This document shows positions 11,401 to 24,105 of a stretch of DNA of 64,000 nucleotides, piece after piece. The notes beneath the pieces are model-generated. The model worked only from the letters and a program-made list of their open reading frames with translations. It searched no databases and had not been told where the DNA came from. A program made the translations under genes and the position numbers. The stretch is taken from positions 62,001-126,000 of the forward strand of contig CAJFCJ010000044.1 in NCBI GenBank assembly GCA_904063045.1, read 5' to 3'. Numbering within the stretch: position 1 is the first letter of the stretch; each line of letters begins with the position of its first letter. The DNA comes from Dimorphilus gyrociliatus. Taxonomy: Eukaryota > Animalia > Annelida.

Positions 11401-14400
11401 AAATAAATTCCTCATAATTTTCAATATTTGCTATTTTGAGAGATTTGTCAATTATTTAGGTCAAAGAAATAGAATTTAAAATTATTATACTTAGTTTATA
11501 TTGACATAGAAAAGCTGAATATACAACGCTTGTACATTCTTTTGGCTTTAATGTTTCATAATGAATTTGAGTGCATGAGAATTTATCAGAGAACTGTACG
11601 AGTCCTGTCATTGCTTTTTGCATATCTGTTATAGTATACTTTTTTGAATACAGTTCAAAGCTTGTAAAGGGATGATAAAAGAATGTCAGCATTTTAAGGG
11701 TATTAACTATATTTTTTGTTGCTTTTACTTTTGCAAATTGGATTCCCGAGATAGAGCTTCAAGAGCAGTTTCTCTTGTGTAAGATTCTTTAAGAGAGAGA
11801 TTAAGAATAAGTGGATTTTTTATGTTAAGAATCCATGTTTTTATTTAAATGAAATAAGGTAACTTTCATAAATTCTTACTTATTGGAAGAAATGTCAAGC
11901 TTTGTGGAAATTGTTTAGAAGCTTTCAATAAACTGTTTTCCATTGTAATTCTACGCATGTTTGAAAATATATTGTATTCTCCAGGAGATGATATTTCCGG
12001 GAGACTCATGTTCAATCCATTGCAAATATCTTTGGCTTGTGCATGACTATACCTTTTTCTTATGTAATCAGCAATAAGATACGGAGTGATCAATTTATAA
12101 CACTTTTCATCATAGGATATATCACTTTCTTTACAGTCTAGAAAGATTTGTTTTTATAAAAAAAAAATTAAAACACACACATACTATTGATTAGAAGTTT
12201 CTGTTGAGAACATGTGATTTCTAAAGCTCTCATTGGACATAGTTTTGGTGGAGTCCTAGTACATTGTTTCAGTACTGACACATTTTTAGGGCAAGAAAGG
12301 ACAATGCAAACATCATTAAAATGAAAACCAGAAAATATATATTTAGAGTATTTGTATCCAAAATATCTGCAAATCATCTGTATGCATGTATGTATGTATG
12401 TTTATTTAGAGTTCTATGTAAAACAAATCTAACTGGTTGTCCTTTTCTGATAAAGAATGGAAGAGAAACTTGTTTTGTTGCAAAATCAATAAGAGCTCCA
12501 GCATTTTCTAAGAAATCACAACCAAGTATTATAGCCATATCTAGTTTTTCCATAATAAAGAATTCTTGTTCCATAATTCTTCCATTAAATTGAATATTCA
12601 GTTTTGTTTTTCCTTTTGTCTTTAAAGCATTTCCCTCTGCTGAAGTGATGATTGGTAAGCCAGTAGTTTCTTTCTTGATGAATTTAGAATCCATTAACCT
12701 GATTTCTTTTTCTGTAATAAATGACAAAAGTGCTCCTGAATCACATAAAGCAATAACCTCTCTTCCATTATGATTTTTCATTCGAAATTGGAAATCTTTT
12801 CTGCCTTTTACCAAAGAAGTACACTTAAAATGTGCGATTTTCTCTTCTTTGAGATTAAATATTGCCATTCTTCCTTTAGAAATTTCAGTTTCATTAGGTT
12901 CATCAGGTCCAACATGTATTAGTCTGTTAAAGCTGCCTTTTTCATTATTTCCTGCATTTCCATTTCTTTGTTGTTGAAATCTATTTTGAGAAAAAGGTTT
13001 AAATGTATGTTCATTTTGATTTGAGTTACTCTGATTGTTGTCAAATCTCCTTTTGTACTGTTTGAATTCATTTTCGCTTTCTTTTCTTGCATTATCAAAA
13101 AATATTTCTGCTCTTTTTGCCAATTTAATATACTGATTAACTGAGTTAATCTTTCCATCTTTTTCCACATGATTAACAATTTTTCCTTTAAGACCATTCC
13201 TGAATACAGTTAACAGTTGAAGTTCTCTAACTCTTTCAGTAACACAAGCCATTTCAGTAGTATTGAATGGTAGGAATTTTTCCACAAGTTCTTTACTTCT
13301 TCTAACAAAACTTTGGACAGTTTCATCATTGAACTGTCTCAATCTATCAATTTCTTTTTTGTAAGCCATAGGATCTGGATTAAATTCTTCATCCAATGCA
13401 TCCCAAATTTCATTTTCATTTGCCATGGAGGGTAAACTTTCAATAACATCTCTGGCTCTTCCAGTAGTGTATTTTCTCAGCATTCGAACTCTTTTCTCTT
13501 CTGTATCCCAAAGGTTTAATTCACAAGCTGTTTGAAAGTTCCTCTTAAAGGCCCAAGTATCTTTGCTACCAGAATAGGGTCTCAGCAAAGTAGTATTAGG
13601 TTTCTCATTAGCATCAATTAGAAGACTTGCAATTGTCTTTTCCAAAGCATTATCTTGAATGCCATCATAACTGAATTTTGGTTGAGTAGGATCAGGATTA
13701 ACCATACCTTCAGGAATTGTAGCTGCCCCAGTCATCAAATGGTACTTTAAAAAGCTATTACCATCAACTTTGGCTCCACTACTTTTAATTCTCAACATTA
13801 ATTCATTAATTTTTGAAAGATACTCATCTACTTCCTTGGCTCTGGCTTTGTCATTCTCATAAACCAAAATAACATTCATTGAAGTAGCATTGTGGGCTGT
13901 CGACTGCGCCATATTTGTACTTTGTTGTATTGTAATTGTAGGAATTTCTGGTTCGTCACAACTGTAATCGTCCTTTCCAATCATTTACCAACTTGCCAAA
14001 GTACTGGTCCAAATAGAACCTTTAAAGTTCGTCCACAAATAGTCTAACAAAGGCAATTTCGGTAGAAATTGATTAACAAAACACCAGTATTTCGTCCAAA
14101 GAATATGTATTGAGTAAAATGAGCTTCTAGTTCTAAACAAGCTAGTTTAAACAACTAGCTGACGGTTAGAAAACTGAACTATCAACTGTTAATTTCGTAG
14201 GGTTTATATACTCTTTTAAGGGTTGATAGTTCACAAATTTCAATGTTCACAAAAACAAAAGTAACATTTGAAGACAAAGAAAAGTTCTAAATATGGTCAT
14301 GTTTTTATTGTTTTCCTCTTCTAAATAATAGTTGAATTTCGAAGGTTGGAGAGTTGCATAAGATGTAACAATTTTAGTAGGACAAGTCCAACAATCAAGA

Positions 14401-15912
14401 AAACATGTAGATTGTATATTTGACCGTTTTTATATTCTACCTTAATAATGATATTCAATTGATTGAGTTAGTAAATTTAGCATCAGCATATAAGGAGGAA
14501 GTATATCTGATTAATGCATGTTAAAAAGAACAGTATTGTGTATACAATACTGTTGAATAGTGAATATAATCTAACCTTAGAATTTAAGCATAATTGATAA
14601 TTAATTGAACTAGTTTTAGTTCGAAATCATAAATTTATGGATTAATAAATTGTAATATTAATGCTAGGTTGCAAATAGCAAATATTCTTTATATAATTCA
14701 ATAGGTTTTATTACTGCATAATGTGTATGCACTGCCCTATGCGAAACTAGGTCACTACTGCTTATCTTTATCAGTGCTATCTGCATAGTACAATACTGGT
14801 TCAATACTACTTCTCTATTGTAGAATATAGCTGACGAATGTATGTGTACAGATGTTAACCTGGGGAAAATGGTACTAGCATTTTTTCCCATTGGATTTCT
14901 TATTCCAGAAATTTCAAATTCAAATTGTTTGTCTATTTCAAAAAAAATTCAAAATCTCTCTCACTCTCTCTTAGTGATGAATATTAAAATTTTACCAAAA
15001 CAATAAAAGTTTTTGAATTTATAATCAGTTGAATTGAATATTTTAAATTGAGTTAAATCTCCATAGAATATTTCTCTTTCTATCTTTTTCTTATGATATG
15101 GTATGTTTAAATGATATACTTTATTACAAGTTTCATATTTGAATTATTCTAAATCAGATGGAATATAAATGTAGCTTTTATCTTTATATCTAACTTTTGT
15201 TTGCAAATTTTGTTCATATTTTGTAAATTGAATAAGAACTTTATCAAAAAGAAAGAAAATTATCTTTTTTTTAAAAGAAAAACAAAAAAAAGCAGTTTAT
15301 ACATGGAATATTTCTCTTAAAACAGACAACTCTAAATATGTTGAATTTTTCCCAAGTTTTATTGCATAGGCAAAGACAACTTTAGAAAAACAAAAGAAAA
15401 ATATTCTTGTTAAAGAAATATATCATTTTTGCTTATATTTTAAAATAATGTATACATCACTACTGTTTCACTTGTATGTTTATAATAGAGATGTGCCATT
15501 AATGACTCTAAAATATATAATAGAAGAGAATTTATAGAAAATAGGAAAATTTCTTTGTTTTTTCTTCATTTTTACTTTTATATGTTGTAAATAGAAATGG
15601 GATACTCAAATGTTCATCAAAAATTGAATTCCTTGAACATAGCATTGCTCCAATATTAAAATAATATTCATGAGCTTCCTTATTAGAAATAGTATATGGT
15701 ATAACTGTTAAAATTCTTTCATCAGAAAAAAGAACATTGTATGTAGCAGAATTTTCATTTTCGTCAACAGGATCACTAAGAGATAATCTTGAATAATTTC
15801 TATCAAATTTTTTGACAAAATGTGAATTGCAGAATGTAAACTCTTTCTCATTTGATAAAACGTCATTAATTGATAATGTAAAAATTGAAAATAATTTTAA
15901 AAAGTGAAGCAT
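8454..15912 (-). CDS. Multi-exon LDLa-LRR-7TM receptor A (GRL101/RXFP-like) with N-terminal SRCR-like and C-type-lectin-like segments; gypsy insertion in an intron
   Basis: Signal peptide [20 protein letters not shown] (15912); ICRYFGY exon (12377); CTL-like [19 protein letters not shown]; about six LDLa repeats (e.g. [26 protein letters not shown]); LRRs ([11 protein letters not shown]); TM helices in 8963-9400; last exon ends IDESNL* at 8454. Exon chain approximate; 3' part may be frameshifted. Confidence 0.75.
12374..13912 (-). CDS. Ty3/gypsy Gag + aspartic protease ORF (pol truncated after protease)
   Basis: Retrotransposon Gag-like region ([23 protein letters not shown]...[12 protein letters not shown]), protease motif ALCDSGA and IILGCDFL. 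No RT/RNaseH/integrase follows. Likely ATG overlaps the PBS at 13912; the track ORF starts in the LTR at 13984. Confidence 0.88.
   Translation of the reverse strand: MAQSTAHNATSMNVILVYENDKARAKEVDEYLSKINELMLRIKSSGAKVDGNSFLKYHLMTGAATIPEGMVNPDPTQPKFSYDGIQDNALEKTIASLLIDANEKPNTTLLRPYSGSKDTWAFKRNFQTACELNLWDTEEKRVRMLRKYTTGRARDVIESLPSMANENEIWDALDEEFNPDPMAYKKEIDRLRQFNDETVQSFVRRSKELVEKFLPFNTTEMACVTERVRELQLLTVFRNGLKGKIVNHVEKDGKINSVNQYIKLAKRAEIFFDNARKESENEFKQYKRRFDNNQSNSNQNEHTFKPFSQNRFQQQRNGNAGNNEKGSFNRLIHVGPDEPNETEISKGRMAIFNLKEEKIAHFKCTSLVKGRKDFQFRMKNHNGREVIALCDSGALLSFITEKEIRLMDSKFIKKETTGLPIITSAEGNALKTKGKTKLNIQFNGRIMEQEFFIMEKLDMAIILGCDFLENAGALIDFATKQVSLPFFIRKGQPVRFVLHRTLNKHTYIHAYR
13897..13911 (-). promoter_or_regulatory. 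Primer-binding site TGGCGCAGTCGACAG
   Basis: Begins 4 nt downstream of the LTR end. TGGCGCAGTCG matches the tRNA-Ser-type PBS known from 17.6/297-like gypsy elements (tRNA identity from recall, not searched). Confidence 0.75.
13916..14850 (-). mobile_element. 5' LTR of the gypsy element (~935 bp, TGTAC...GTACA)
   Basis: Reverse complement of 48550-49452. Shared homology starts at tgtacacat and ends at caacaaagtaca, immediately before the PBS. Confidence 0.9.
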
Positions 15913-16043
15913 TCCGCTCTTGAAAAAATTGAATAAAACAATTCAAAAAACACATGATTATATTAAGTTTTTGTTATTTTATATCATTTAAATTGTACTT
16001 TCTTTCAAATTTCCTTTTCTGTTAGAATTACAATTTGATATGA

Positions 16044-16067
16044 TCTCTCTCTCTCTCTCTCTCTCTC
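16044..16067 (+). repeat. (TC)n microsatellite in the 181-bp gap between divergent receptor ATGs
   Basis: tctctctctctctctctctctctc between ATG 15912 (-) and ATG 16094 (+). Confidence 0.9.
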
Positions 16068-16093
16068 ACTCCTTCTCTTTTCAACTTTTAAAA

Positions 16094-19000
16094 ATGATTT
16101 TGAAATATACAGTTTCTTTTATCTTCAATTCTTTTATAGTATTTTATCAAGTTGATTGTAGAATTTTAGAATTTACACCTTGCCAACATGTTGTATATTC
16201 CAGAGGTTATAGAAATAAGGAATTTAAAATGGGTGAGATAATTAGGAATACTACTCATCAAATAACGGCTTTTATTGTAATAAGAAATCATAAATGGAAC
16301 ATTACATATAAATTGGCATTTATATCTTCATATTTTAAAAATAAAGACACATATTTTTCATTGGGAAATGATATTTGTAAACAAAATGGCTACGATCCTT
16401 TGTATAATATTATAGAGAAGGATTTTGAAACATCCAGTATAAGATAAAAAACACACCTTTTATTTTTAACCTATTTTTGTGTCTGATAAATTTTTCTTAT
16501 TAAATAAAAACCAGGTGAAAACATTGCACTACTTAAAAATAGAAAAGTTGGCATTAAATTTTCCAAAATGATGATATGAATAATAAATTAATTGATAATT
16601 TTCTTTGGTATGCAGAGAAAATATCGTGTAGTGTTCCAAAAATCAAGAAAATGTTCTCCTAATGGTCCTTTTAAACATGTTTTACTAATTACTTGCTGGA
16701 AAACTAATATAATATGTAAAAAAATAGAATTTTACGAATTTCCTACTTTTTGTAATTAAATATGAAAATTTTTGCTATAATTCTAGATTTTTACAGTTGG
16801 AGAAGAAAATTCAAATATGTTGACAATAGGATAATATTTGCAAGAATCAATAAAAAAAGTTATTTGATTTCAAGTGAAAATATGACTATAAAAAATTTAT
16901 GTGAGAAAAGGTACATCTTGGATTCAACAGTTTATGCGTCTGGAAATCCAAGAACAAATTGTTTCTATGGTAATGAAACACATTATCAACTGTATACATA
17001 TTCGAGAATTAAGCAATGTAAAACCTATAAAAAGTGTAATTCTGGCAAAGAAGGTCAGTAGTATTGTTAACTGTTTTATAATGGAAAAATATCTTTAAAT
17101 TTGATTCTAAAAGACATATCAGAATATAAATATAGATTTATACCATATCCAAAAGAGAATAGTTCATTTATACCTTTAATTATTTCAAAGAAATATGGCG
17201 CATTTAAAATTTACACTAAAAGTTCCAGTTACAATAGAATGATTCTCATTCTACTCTGCAAACATTTAAATTTTACATCAACAAACCATAGAAAGATTTT
17301 AAGGTGTCCTAAAGGGATGGCAGTTATAAGTTCTTCGCAAATTGCTTCTTTAGTTTGTCCTGATGAGATTAAATCGATACTTGATTGTCATTTTATGAGA
17401 TGGACCAAATTTAGTGATAGACATTTTTGTATAATAAATTGCCAAGAAAGAATAATAAATGAAAAATTTCGATTTGTTTTGGATAATTTTGCAATAATAT
17501 ACAAAAATGGCTACCAACAGTCGATGAAACAATATTCAAGTATTACTGGGCGTTTAGAAATGAATTTCTACAATGTATGGTCTAATGTTAATGTTAATCC
17601 ACTCTCATATAAAGCATTGGAGGTACTTGTCTTCTATTTTCTTCTCTTCTTTCTTTCTTCTAAAAGTATCTTTTACAGTTGATTTGTAATTACTTTAATT
17701 TTACTTATTCATCATTTGTCAATGTTTTCAAGTATCCATTTGTCAGAGCTATGCCATTTTTTGTTCAATGCGATAATTGTACTGATTTGGAATGTTGTTC
17801 TATTGAAATAAATACAAGAAAATCTTTATCTTGGAAAACACTTGGACAATTGGAAATTAATTGTAGGAAAGATTCAGTATATCCGAAGAGTTTGTAGCCT
17901 TATTCTCCATATTAGTCACGTGATAAATATGTTTTGTTCCATAGCTTGCTCAAAAGAAAATGATTTTAGATTTAATGATAAATGTTACTCTATCCATCAC
18001 CTGAAAAATGAATCGTATTTATTTGAGAGAGGAGCAAAATTTAAAATGTTTGACAATTTTCCAACAAGGCAAGAAATGAATGATATTTGCAAGTCAGAGG
18101 GAAAAATTATGTTTAGCCCTGATTATTTGGAAGAAATTGCTTTTTTTGACTATATTAAAAAAGTAATTCTTACAATAGCAAGTTTTGGACCAATTCTTAA
18201 ACTACCTTTTGGTTAGATGGTGTTGTCTTTTTTTGCAATCTGAATATTTGATTCCGTTTTCTGATTCATTTAGAATATAATACACCAAAGGAAGTAACTG
18301 GAATGTCTGGATATCTTAAGCCAAAGTTAGTTAGATTTATCATCATTTTTCATAATATTTAGTGCCATTCTTCTTCTTCTTCTCCTACACTCCTTCTATA
18401 GTCTGAATGGAAGGGACCAGATTACTACACATTATGACAATCTATATATATATCATGACAAAGGTTCATGTCTATATCTTTACAATTATATAATTTTGAA
18501 TAGAAAATGCGAAGATGAACAAGTCAAAGTTTTTATGTGTGAAGAGTCATTTGGTAATAATTAACACAATTAGTTGAAGAACAAAATTTCCCCTCAGAGT
18601 GTATAAAAGTTGTGAGTTAGAAAAAACCTTTTCAATTAGGTCAAGATCAAATATGAAGATTAGATTAAGAATTTAAAATATGTTTGGGGAATATTTTGTA
18701 GCTTCTTTTGCTATTTTGTTGTCAATTTTCTCATTAACAATCCTGTGTTAGACGAACTGGCTAGAAAAAGTTTATTTAGTGCTGATAGACTACTAATACC
18801 AACAATAGTTGAATGTCCATTAGGCTTTTTCACTTGTCAGACATATAAGTTTTGTCTTGCAATGATATATTTATGTGATGGTAAGAACAATTGTTTTGAC
18901 GGAAGTGACGAAAGAGATTGTCCTGATAAAAATGAATTTCAATGCAAAAATGGACAACATATACCTACCCAATTTGTTTGTGATTTTTTAAATAATTGCA

Positions 19001-21596
19001 AAGATAGTTCAGATGAATCAGACTGCTCATTTGAATTAATAACTGAATCAAAGAACTCAACGAATGCTGAAAGGTGTTGAAATTGTGTAGATTAAAATTT
19101 ATTTTCAACACTATTATCATTTTGTTTGTTGATTAACAGATTTCAATGCAAAAATGGACAAATAATTACACAAGAGCAGAGATGTAATAACGTTTTGAAT
19201 TGTTTTGACAGTAGTGATGAAGATAGCCAATGTCGAGGTGAACTAGTCTCACAAAATCAACTAAATGATATATATCTTTTTTAATAGAAAGATGTAAAAC
19301 TTTGATATTTTGCGATAATTTTTGTATGCCAAAAGAGTTTATTTGCGACATGGAAATTGATTGTAAAAATTATGAGGATGAGGGTAAATCCATGTGTGAA
19401 AATCCAGCTGAGAATTTAAGCTTTAAATATGAATTGGGACAACATCAAAACAAAAATAGAACTTACTTTTGCCGAGTAGTGTATAATTCTTTAGGCAAAA
19501 TACAAACGAGACCTAATTTTCCAAAATACGATTTGAGAGATTGCAAGAATTTCACATGTATGGCTGGCGAATATCAATGCGCCGAAAAGAATTATTGTAT
19601 TCCATTGAATAAACTATGTGATAATATATTTCACTGTTTTCTGGGAGATGATGAAGCAGATTGCAGTATTTCTTTCTTTCCTTCTTTCTTTCTATCAATC
19701 ATTATACTTTTATAAATAGACAATTTTCATCCACATTCAACATTCTTGTGTACATTTGACCATGTGTTTTTAAACATCTCGAAACTCTGTGATGGAATTA
19801 TTGATTGTCAAAGAGGAGAAGATGAAATATTCTGTTATGATTTCCATACATTCATTTGCCCAAAATTCTGTAATTGTAATAATTTAGCAATTATTAAATG
19901 CTCAAATGAAGAAAATAATGAAATTGATAAACTGTCATTTAGTCATGGTATAAAAACAATGATTTTAATGAGTATATCACAAAATATAATTATAGATCTT
20001 AAAAAGAGTTTAACATTAACAAATTTACAATATGAAAGTAGTAATCTATTAGAAATTCCAAAATTGTTCACACCAAATCTTATCATTTTAAGTTTAAGAA
20101 ATAATAGTATAAAAAGGATTAATGGCACAGATATTTCCAGTTTAAATATTCTTCAACACTTACATCTAAGTGAAAATCCTTTTACAAACATTCCTTCATC
20201 TTTTCTGAATGACGCAAGAAGATTATTATTTTTGAATTTAACTGAAACCAAATTAAATAGTATTAATAATAATCTTTTTAGTAATTTAACAAATTTAATT
20301 ACATTAGAAATGATAAATTGTAAATTTCAACAATTTAGTGATGATCCATTTGGTAAATTGGAAAAATTGGAATATTTATTCATGATGAATACAAAATTAC
20401 CAAAATTCTTAAATTTAAATTTAATACGTAATTTAAAATCGTTAAAAAGATTATATTCTGAAAGTTTTCTTTTATGTTGTATGACTAAAAAGTTTAAGTT
20501 AAATGTTGAAAAATGTCTGCCAGATGAATCAGTTATAAAAATTTGTGCTGATTTAATTGGTTCACAATCGCTTAGAATTGCAATCTGGATTATTGTATTT
20601 ATGGGAACAACTGGAAATCTATTGGCAATTTATACTCAGATAAAATCATTTAAATCATCTTCTGTCTTTTTTCTAGTACTTCATAGTTTTGATCTATTAT
20701 TAAGTATCTATCTAACAATAATTGCCATAGCTGATATATATTATAAAGGTGTTTACATTGAGTATGACTCACAATGGAGATTTGGTCCTATCTGTACACT
20801 ATGTGGTTTTATAGTTAATTTATCAATTATTTTATCAAATTTCTCATTACTTTTAATAACATTTGAAAGATATTGCGTAATATGCAAACCGTTAATTCAT
20901 AAGAAATACTTTTATCAAACAATTAATTATGTTTATATTGCTTCAATTCCTCTACTCTTTGGAATAATTACAACAATAACACCGTATTTTCTCTTTGAGG
21001 TTAGACATAGAATATTAAGAATGGGCGGGATGTAGGAGGGAAGGGGGATGGCACGCCTTTTGTTTTAATTTTCCTATAACGAACCTTTGTAGGACTATTT
21101 CTCAAGATCAGTTGTCTGTTTCTCTCTACACATTACATCGGAAAGGGTGGAAGGATGGCAATATTCATTTATAACATTCAATCTTTTTATCATTTTTCAA
21201 ATAATCATTCTAACCTTTTTCTATTTTCAAATAATAAGAGAAATATGGAAGTCAAAAAAAATTAATAAGAAACAATTTAAAAAGAGAATTTTAAATATAA
21301 TAAAAAGCAGTCTAATAATAGTTATAACAAATACTGTGTGCTTTTTTCCAGTTGCAATTTTAGGTATAAAGATAATAGACAAATTTAATAAATTAACATA
21401 GAGATAATCTCTTTTTGTAGGATTTATGGCACTGAATAAAAATCATTCAATAGATGAACGAGTCTATCCTTGGATTATAATACTACTTATTCCATTAAAT
21501 TCAATGTTTAATCCCTACATCTATTGCGCGACAGTGCTAATAGAGTACTTGAAAAATAAAGTCAAAGCTAGATTGCAGACGATTAATTACATGTAA
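16094..21596 (+). CDS. Multi-exon LDLa-LRR-7TM receptor B (GRL101/RXFP-like) with SRCR-like and CTL-like N-terminus
   Basis: Signal peptide MILKYTVSFIFNSFIVFYQVDC; ICKQNGY motif; CTL-like FNDKCY...ICKSEG; six LDLa repeats (18.8-19.85 kb); LRRs; 7TM with ITFERY and NPYIY; stop TAA 21594-21596. Confidence 0.85.
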
Positions 21597-21779
21597 AACA
21601 TATGAGAAAAAAATTATATATTTAAATGATTTAAATTGAATTTCCTGCCAATTTTTATTATTTTATTTTACAGACAAAAATGTCTCACTAATGCAGAATA
21701 TGAAGCAAAAAGAAAATGTGAGTTCTATTTTCAATACTTTCTCTTTCATGTAATACAAATTTGATATATTTAAAGTTCA

Positions 21780-22125
21780 AGCATTATTTACTGTCTTATA
21801 TGAAAACGGCATATTATTTGATGCTCAATATAAAAATAGTAGATTTGAGAGTTATGACAATGATGATATAGATCTAAAAAGCTTTTTGAATTTGGCAATT
21901 AACATATCCAACGGTCTAAACTCTGCTCATCTATTATCACTTGGATTAAAAGATTCAAAAAATTTGGTTGTTTTGCACTTTAAAGTGAAATGTAATTGGA
22001 AAAATTCAGTATTTGTTATACCTCTAAGCGAGTTTGAAATAAGAAGAGATAATGCCAAAAATCATGAAGATATACTGAAGTATGGAAAATTCATTCGAAA
22101 GTATCTTAATTATTATGATAAATGA
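21780..22125 (+). CDS. Possible degenerate protein-kinase-like (pseudokinase) fragment
   Basis: VLYENGILF...SFLNLAINISNGLNSAH..LKDSKNLVV...LSEFEIRRD resembles PTK subdomains V-VII (FAxQIAxGMxYL..HRDL..N.LV..DFGLARD) with catalytic residues lost. Pattern recognition only. Confidence 0.3.
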
Positions 22126-23254
22126 TAATAACAAACATTTCCTACAATTTTCATTCAAAAAACTATTTCTTTTCTTTTAATTTTAATAAATAATAAAATA
22201 AAGAATATAGATATATTTTAATAAATTATACATATTTTTGAGGGAATTTTTAAACACTAGATGGCTCTCTATACAGCTGAATTCCATTGTAAACGCAAAC
22301 ACAATACAACAAAGTACAATTAGAGTTAGGAACTGCTTCCTCAGTCAATTTTTCAATACAGACAATTCATCAAATGTATTCTCAACGGAGTTTGTCTTAT
22401 CTTCAACTGATAAAAATGTTTGAGATAAGAAAAATTTCTGTAATGTTATACAGCTTCTCAAATGCCATTGTAACTTTTGTTCTTTTGGCAATTAGATGTA
22501 CAAAATGTCAGCCACGAACGCATACTAATTCAATGTGGAGAGAGAAGATATTCGCATTTAAAATCCATTCCATTAATTTATTGCTCAGTTCAAACCCTCT
22601 ACTGCATTGAGAATTCGTTGATTTATCGACAATGTTGATTGGTCTTTTTTCTATTATTTTGAATATTGGTCAAAGAATTGAAAGATAAATGAAAAATTTG
22701 TACATAAACAAACCTGCTTTCGCCAAAAGGTACTAAGTATCATAAGAAAAAGACTTAGAGGAGCATTCCTTGTTCAACTGAAACATATGACTTTTTTTCA
22801 TAGAATAATCGTCTAACAGTTTAATTAAATACGATATTCTTAATGTCTTACTTATTGATACAAATAATCATTTTGTCAATGCAAAACCTTTTCGTTTCAT
22901 GAGAAACACTATTGGAAAAAAAATTTCACAAAAACAATGAATAATAATTACTAAAGACATTTTTCCAACTTTTGAAATGTCTAATCTCTCATAGAACCAA
23001 ATATTACAATTGTCATCAATATTTCACGCAAATTAAATACTTGAAAAAATGAGACATGATTATTTGATGATAAATGCTACATTTAATCCAAAATATTTTC
23101 AATATTATCAATACAAATACTAAGAAAGCATGAATATATTGGAAAAACAGAGAAACATACCAGCACTATTCATTGACCATTTTAAATAAAATGAACAAAA
23201 ACATTATCTATATTTCGATTATTCTATCAATTTTCATTATATATATAAATATAT

Positions 23255-23453
23255 GGTACGTCGAGTAGGTAGGAATTAAGAAAAAAATTTTTGAAAATTT
23301 TTTGAAAAATTTTTTCTGTTGGAAATTGTTTTAAACGTCGATTTTGGTGTATTTTTTCTTTGACTGCTTCCCAAAATCAACTGGGACTCTTGAAATGTGA
23401 GAATCCTGTTTCTCTTTTTTGATTTAATCAAAAAAAAAACCCTTTGCAAACCC
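23255..23453 (+). mobile_element. 5'-truncated copy of the hammerhead-containing repeat (ribozyme core absent)
   Basis: ggtacgtcgagtaggtagg...ggaaattgttttaaacgtc...gactgcttccca...tgggactcttgaaatgtgagaa...ctttgcaaaccc matches 6586-6763. Confidence 0.8.
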
Positions 23454-24105
23454 TAAATACTGTTCTAAAGAATCAGAAAAATTCCTACAATTACAATTAT
23501 GATTAATGTATTTTGTTATCTTTTATAACTGTTATAATTTTTTGTATAACTTTTCTTAAAAGTAAACCAAATGAATATATATCTTTAATTTCATTATCCT
23601 TTGTTTTATAAATTGGATGTTTCAATAAAATGTTAAATGTATTACTATCATAGTCAGCTTTCTAAAATTTAGAAACAAGAATTATTTGTTTAATGAATGA
23701 ATTATTAATGAAATTAAATAGAAAAATTTTTTTTGCTTACCTTGCAAAATATTAATTCTAATGAAATATTTCCATTAAATGAAAATTGTTTTTGGTGTAC
23801 AAATATAATGGCTTTAATGATTTGTATTGAAAATTTATAATATTGTATAGATTCAGCAAATTCTTTATCAATTTGGAATTTTTTAGTGCATTCACAACAA
23901 TTTTGTATTAAATAATTTTTATTCATATTTGAAAAAAATGAATCAACTAAAGTGAAGTGGAAATCAATTATGTTTTTTGTGGGTATTGTTTTTTTAAAAA
24001 AAAAAAATTTACAAACATTTCAAAGAAGCTTCGTATTGAATTTTTTCAATTAGGGTAATTCTACTTGTCAATAAAATTTAGGTCAATATATAAAAAGATA
24101 GAAAT

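Noticed and set aside
17360-17370. Other CTGATGA matches (here, ~1837, ~57559, ~59181)
   Set aside because: They lie in coding frames and lack stem II/GAAAC geometry.
22200-23200. Possible decayed multi-pass membrane gene on the minus strand
   Set aside because: Hydrophobic stretches are broken by many stops and show no identifiable family motif.
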